Shown here: positions 14,120 to 16,307 of the stretch, piece after piece | How the letters are laid out: the number at the start of each line of letters is the position of its first letter | How positions within the stretch are numbered: position 1 is the first letter of the stretch | DNA from: Candidatus Micrarchaeia archaeon | Lineage (GTDB): Archaea; Micrarchaeota; Micrarchaeia; Micrarchaeales; Micrarchaeaceae | Direction of reading: 5' to 3' | Length of the DNA: 16,307 bases | Assembly: GCA_049964795.1 (NCBI GenBank) | Contig: JBMFWY010000015.1 | Coordinates: 1-16,307 of the forward strand | The notes under the pieces: model-generated | Seen by the model: the letters and a program-made list of their open reading frames with translations, nothing else | Told to the model about the DNA's origin: nothing | Databases searched by the model: none | Position numbers and translations under genes: made by a program

Positions 14120-15676
14120 TTATAAATTTGCTTTGAGCGAAGTCTGGCCCGGATGCCCCCTTTCAATCCGCTTGGACTCTATTCTATCTTTTATCCTTGC
14201 TATGAGCTCCTTCATCCTCTTTTCCTTTACCCTAGAGACAAGCAAATATGCTTCGTCTTTCGTGTCTTTGGCAACAAGTATAACTATATTGCCAAATCTT
14301 ACCCTTCCTGTCCTGCCCTTCCTTTGTATGTTTCTTATCTCGCTGGGTATCGGCTCGTAAAAGATTACCGCGTCAACGCTCGGTATGTCAAGGCCTTCTT
14401 CGCCTATCGAAGTCGCTACAAGCACATTGAAGACTCCGTTCCTGAAATCCTCAATTATCTTCTTCTGCTTTTCCTGCGTTACGCCCTCTCCTTTGCCCAC
14501 GAATACCGAAGCTTTTATCCCGTTTTTTTCAAGCGTTTCCGCAATCTTCCTTATTGTAGATCTGTATTGTGCGAAAATTATTGTGCTCTTGCCTTCAAAA
14601 TAAGTTTTCATTATCTTTACAAGCTCGAACATCTTGCCATGATCTTCGCCGTTTTCCTGCATCTCCTTTGCCATTGCAACTGCTTTTTTAAGCTCTGCGC
14701 TCGCGAGAAGGCTTCTTACAGCTCTGCTCTTCTCTTCCCTCTCTTCGAGCGACTGGATGTAGCTTAGGAATGGGTAAATTCCCTCGGTGCTAAGCAGGTC
14801 GTAGGCGTGGGAAAGATCCAGCACATAGACATAATCGAAAAGCGCGGCGAACTTGTAGTTTTTTGCCTCTATCTTTGCTATATTCTTCCCTATCTCGAGC
14901 AGCGCCCGTTTTGGAAGCTTTTCAAAGCTTCTGGAGTAGCTAAGCCCTTTCTTGTAAAGGTTTTCCATATGCAAATTTATCAAAGGCTTAAGAGTCGAGA
15001 GTATGCGGTCTATGCCTTCGCCTTTGTTTACGTATACTGTTGTCGTCTGCCTTCCCATAACATAAGGCGCTACATCCGGATCGTCTGAAACCCTTATCTC
15101 TATGTTCTCAACTCCTAGCGTTTCTATGAGCGCATTCACCTTTGCTCTGTCGCTGCCCGGCGAGGCTGTAAGCCCTACTAGCTGCACCCCCCTGAGCTTG
15201 CATTCGTCAGCTATATATGTGTAGGCATACCTTCCTACTGCTCTGTGGCATTCGTCAAACACCACTACTCCAAAGCCCTCAAGCGAAAATCTTCCTGCCT
15301 TTAAATCATTTGAAATTGTCTGCGGCGTAGCTGCAAGCACCTTTGCTTTTCTTTCAAGTACTTCTCTTTCGCTTGCCTGCATGCTTCCAGTTAAGAGTGC
15401 TATGCTGCCTTCTTCCACATTCAGGAACTTTGTAAGCGATTCGTAATGCTGTTCGCTAAGAGGCTTTGTAGGGGCAAGCATTAGCGCCTTTTTGCCCTCA
15501 TAAATAGCTTTTGCAATGGAAAATACCGCAATGACCGTTTTTCCCAAGCCCGTAGGCAAAACAACAAGTGTGTTCCTTCCTGAATAAATGCTTTCAGCTA
15601 TGTTTACCTGGTAATCCCTTGCTTCTATCTGCTCCCTCTTTAGCATCTTTGAATAAGGTTCGAGCTGCTCCAGCAT
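14120..15676 (-). CDS. hef: Hef/FANCM(Mph1)-family SF2 helicase, without ERCC4 nuclease domain
   Basis: EARDYQ, LVVLPTGLGKT, LAPTKPL, FDECHRAVGRYAY, GLTASPGS, VATSIGEEGLDIPSVD, YEPIPSEIRNIQRKGRTGR. Ends at 518 aa. Confidence 0.9.
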   Translation of the reverse strand: MLEQLEPYSKMLKREQIEARDYQVNIAESIYSGRNTLVVLPTGLGKTVIAVFSIAKAIYEGKKALMLAPTKPLSEQHYESLTKFLNVEEGSIALLTGSMQASEREVLERKAKVLAATPQTISNDLKAGRFSLEGFGVVVFDECHRAVGRYAYTYIADECKLRGVQLVGLTASPGSDRAKVNALIETLGVENIEIRVSDDPDVAPYVMGRQTTTVYVNKGEGIDRILSTLKPLINLHMENLYKKGLSYSRSFEKLPKRALLEIGKNIAKIEAKNYKFAALFDYVYVLDLSHAYDLLSTEGIYPFLSYIQSLEEREEKSRAVRSLLASAELKKAVAMAKEMQENGEDHGKMFELVKIMKTYFEGKSTIIFAQYRSTIRKIAETLEKNGIKASVFVGKGEGVTQEKQKKIIEDFRNGVFNVLVATSIGEEGLDIPSVDAVIFYEPIPSEIRNIQRKGRTGRVRFGNIVILVAKDTKDEAYLLVSRVKEKRMKELIARIKDRIESKRIERGHPGQTSLKANL

Positions 15677-15700
15677 AATACCATTATCCTATTCTGAAAC

Positions 15701-15720
15701 ACATTATAAATTTGTTTTCC
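15701..15720 (-). promoter_or_regulatory. BRE/TATA promoter of hef
   Basis: Minus strand reads GGAAAACAAA-TTTATAAT about 27-35 nt upstream of the hef ATG, suggesting a very short leader. Confidence 0.5.
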
Positions 15721-15856
15721 AAGCTCCAAGCTTATATGCTATTGCTACTTCAATTGCCTATGCCCTGCAAAGCAAAGCCTCCTCAAACTTTTTATATATT
15801 CTTGTGCAAAGCATAATAGCCTCGGCAAGCATTTTGAAGCGCTTGCAATAGTGCTC

Positions 15857-15962
15857 GCCGCAGTAGCTCAGTGGGAGAGCGTTCGGCTGAAGTAAAACTT
15901 CTTTTCGGAGTTTTATAGGAGCAGATACCGAAATGTCGCCGGTTCAAATCCGGCCTGCGGCA
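15857..15962 (+). tRNA. trnF: tRNA-Phe(GAA) with 34-nt intron at canonical 37/38 (15893-15926); CCA not encoded
   Basis: Acceptor GCCGCAG/CTGCGGC-A, D arm GCTC-AGTGGGA-GAGC, anticodon stem TTCGG/CCGAA with loop CT-GAA-G^A, variable ATGTC, T arm GCCGG-TTCAAAT-CCGGC. Confidence 0.95.
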
Positions 15963-16080
15963 ATTCATGTTGTCGACGAGGGCTTGTTCAAATCCTATAC
16001 TGCAAAAATGAAGTAAAACTGCCAAAAGTTCTGCGGACAGCAAGCTATTTATTGTTTTTTTTAATACTATCAATGATGGC

Positions 16081-16307
16081 ATGCAGAAAAAGGGCACGAT
16101 ATATAATAAACATTCTAAAATACATCGCCATACCGATCCTATCATAACAAAGAAGCTCTTGGTTAAGGCTTCTCTGAAAGCCCAGAGTGCAATGGAATAC
16201 CTGATGACATATGGCTGGGCCATTCTCATAATCGCAGTAGTGCTCGGCGCCTTGTTTCAGCTCGGTGTTTTCAATGCCAACAACTTCGCTCCGAAGGCGC
16301 CGCCAGG
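16081..16307 (+). CDS. Class III signal peptide (pilin-like) surface protein, 5' part only
   Basis: Open frame ...SLKA/QSAMEYLMTYGWAILIIAVVLGALFQLGVFNANNFAPKAPP runs to the window end. Start is ATG 16081 or TTG 16159. Not in the ORF track. Confidence 0.88.
   Translation, partial: MQKKGTIYNKHSKIHRHTDPIITKKLLVKASLKAQSAMEYLMTYGWAILIIAVVLGALFQLGVFNANNFAPKAPP

Noticed and set aside
14089-14166. N-terminal extension of the antiporter overlapping the hef 3' end (possible fusion or frameshift)
   Set aside because: The extension is basic and non-membrane. In-frame TTG/GTG starts exist just before TM1, and no slippery site is evident.
1916-15088. Numerous 60-230 aa antisense or alternate-frame ORFs (e.g. 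1916..2473, 4040..4723, 5184..5687, 10127..10621, 12811..13347, 14153..14767)
   Set aside because: They lie essentially within well-supported genes, mostly on the opposite strand, and have no motifs. They are expected codon-bias shadows.
15792-16229. 145-aa minus-strand ORF
   Set aside because: Antisense to tRNA-Phe and to the pilin-like gene, so spurious.
16233-16250. CGCAGTAG and TAGTGCTCG matches to the tRNA 5' end and leader
   Set aside because: These 8-9 nt matches fall inside codons for the conserved IAVVLG hydrophobic helix and are compatible with chance.

Overview
Archaeal chromosome segment, most likely DPANN and probably Ca. Micrarchaeota. This is inferred from the KAQSAMEYLMTYGWAIL-type class III signal peptide, archaeal EF-1alpha/uS10/SecE/Hjc/Hef, secF-before-secD order and an intron-containing tRNA. 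Bases ~1-1080 are AT-rich and look accessory, with a PD-(D/E)XK-fold nuclease and small ORFs. The rest is mainly translation, secretion and repair housekeeping: a DUF5679-type zinc-ribbon microprotein, a 4xCBS + HPF/RaiA-like fusion (candidate energy-sensing ribosome hibernation factor), a pilin-like protein, short Nmd3, SecD, SecF, a 2-TM protein, ThiI, SecE, an N-terminally truncated NFACT/Rqc2-like protein, uS10, EF-1alpha, an unannotated 45-aa hyperacidic microprotein, Hjc, a cation/H+ antiporter, a helicase-only Hef, tRNA-Phe(GAA) with a 34-nt intron, and the start of a second pilin-like gene. The most notable items are the CBS-HPF fusion, two microproteins missed by the ORF track, the truncated Rqc2-like gene, and scrambled tRNA fragments just downstream of tRNA-Phe. 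All family calls come from motif recognition by eye; no searches were run.
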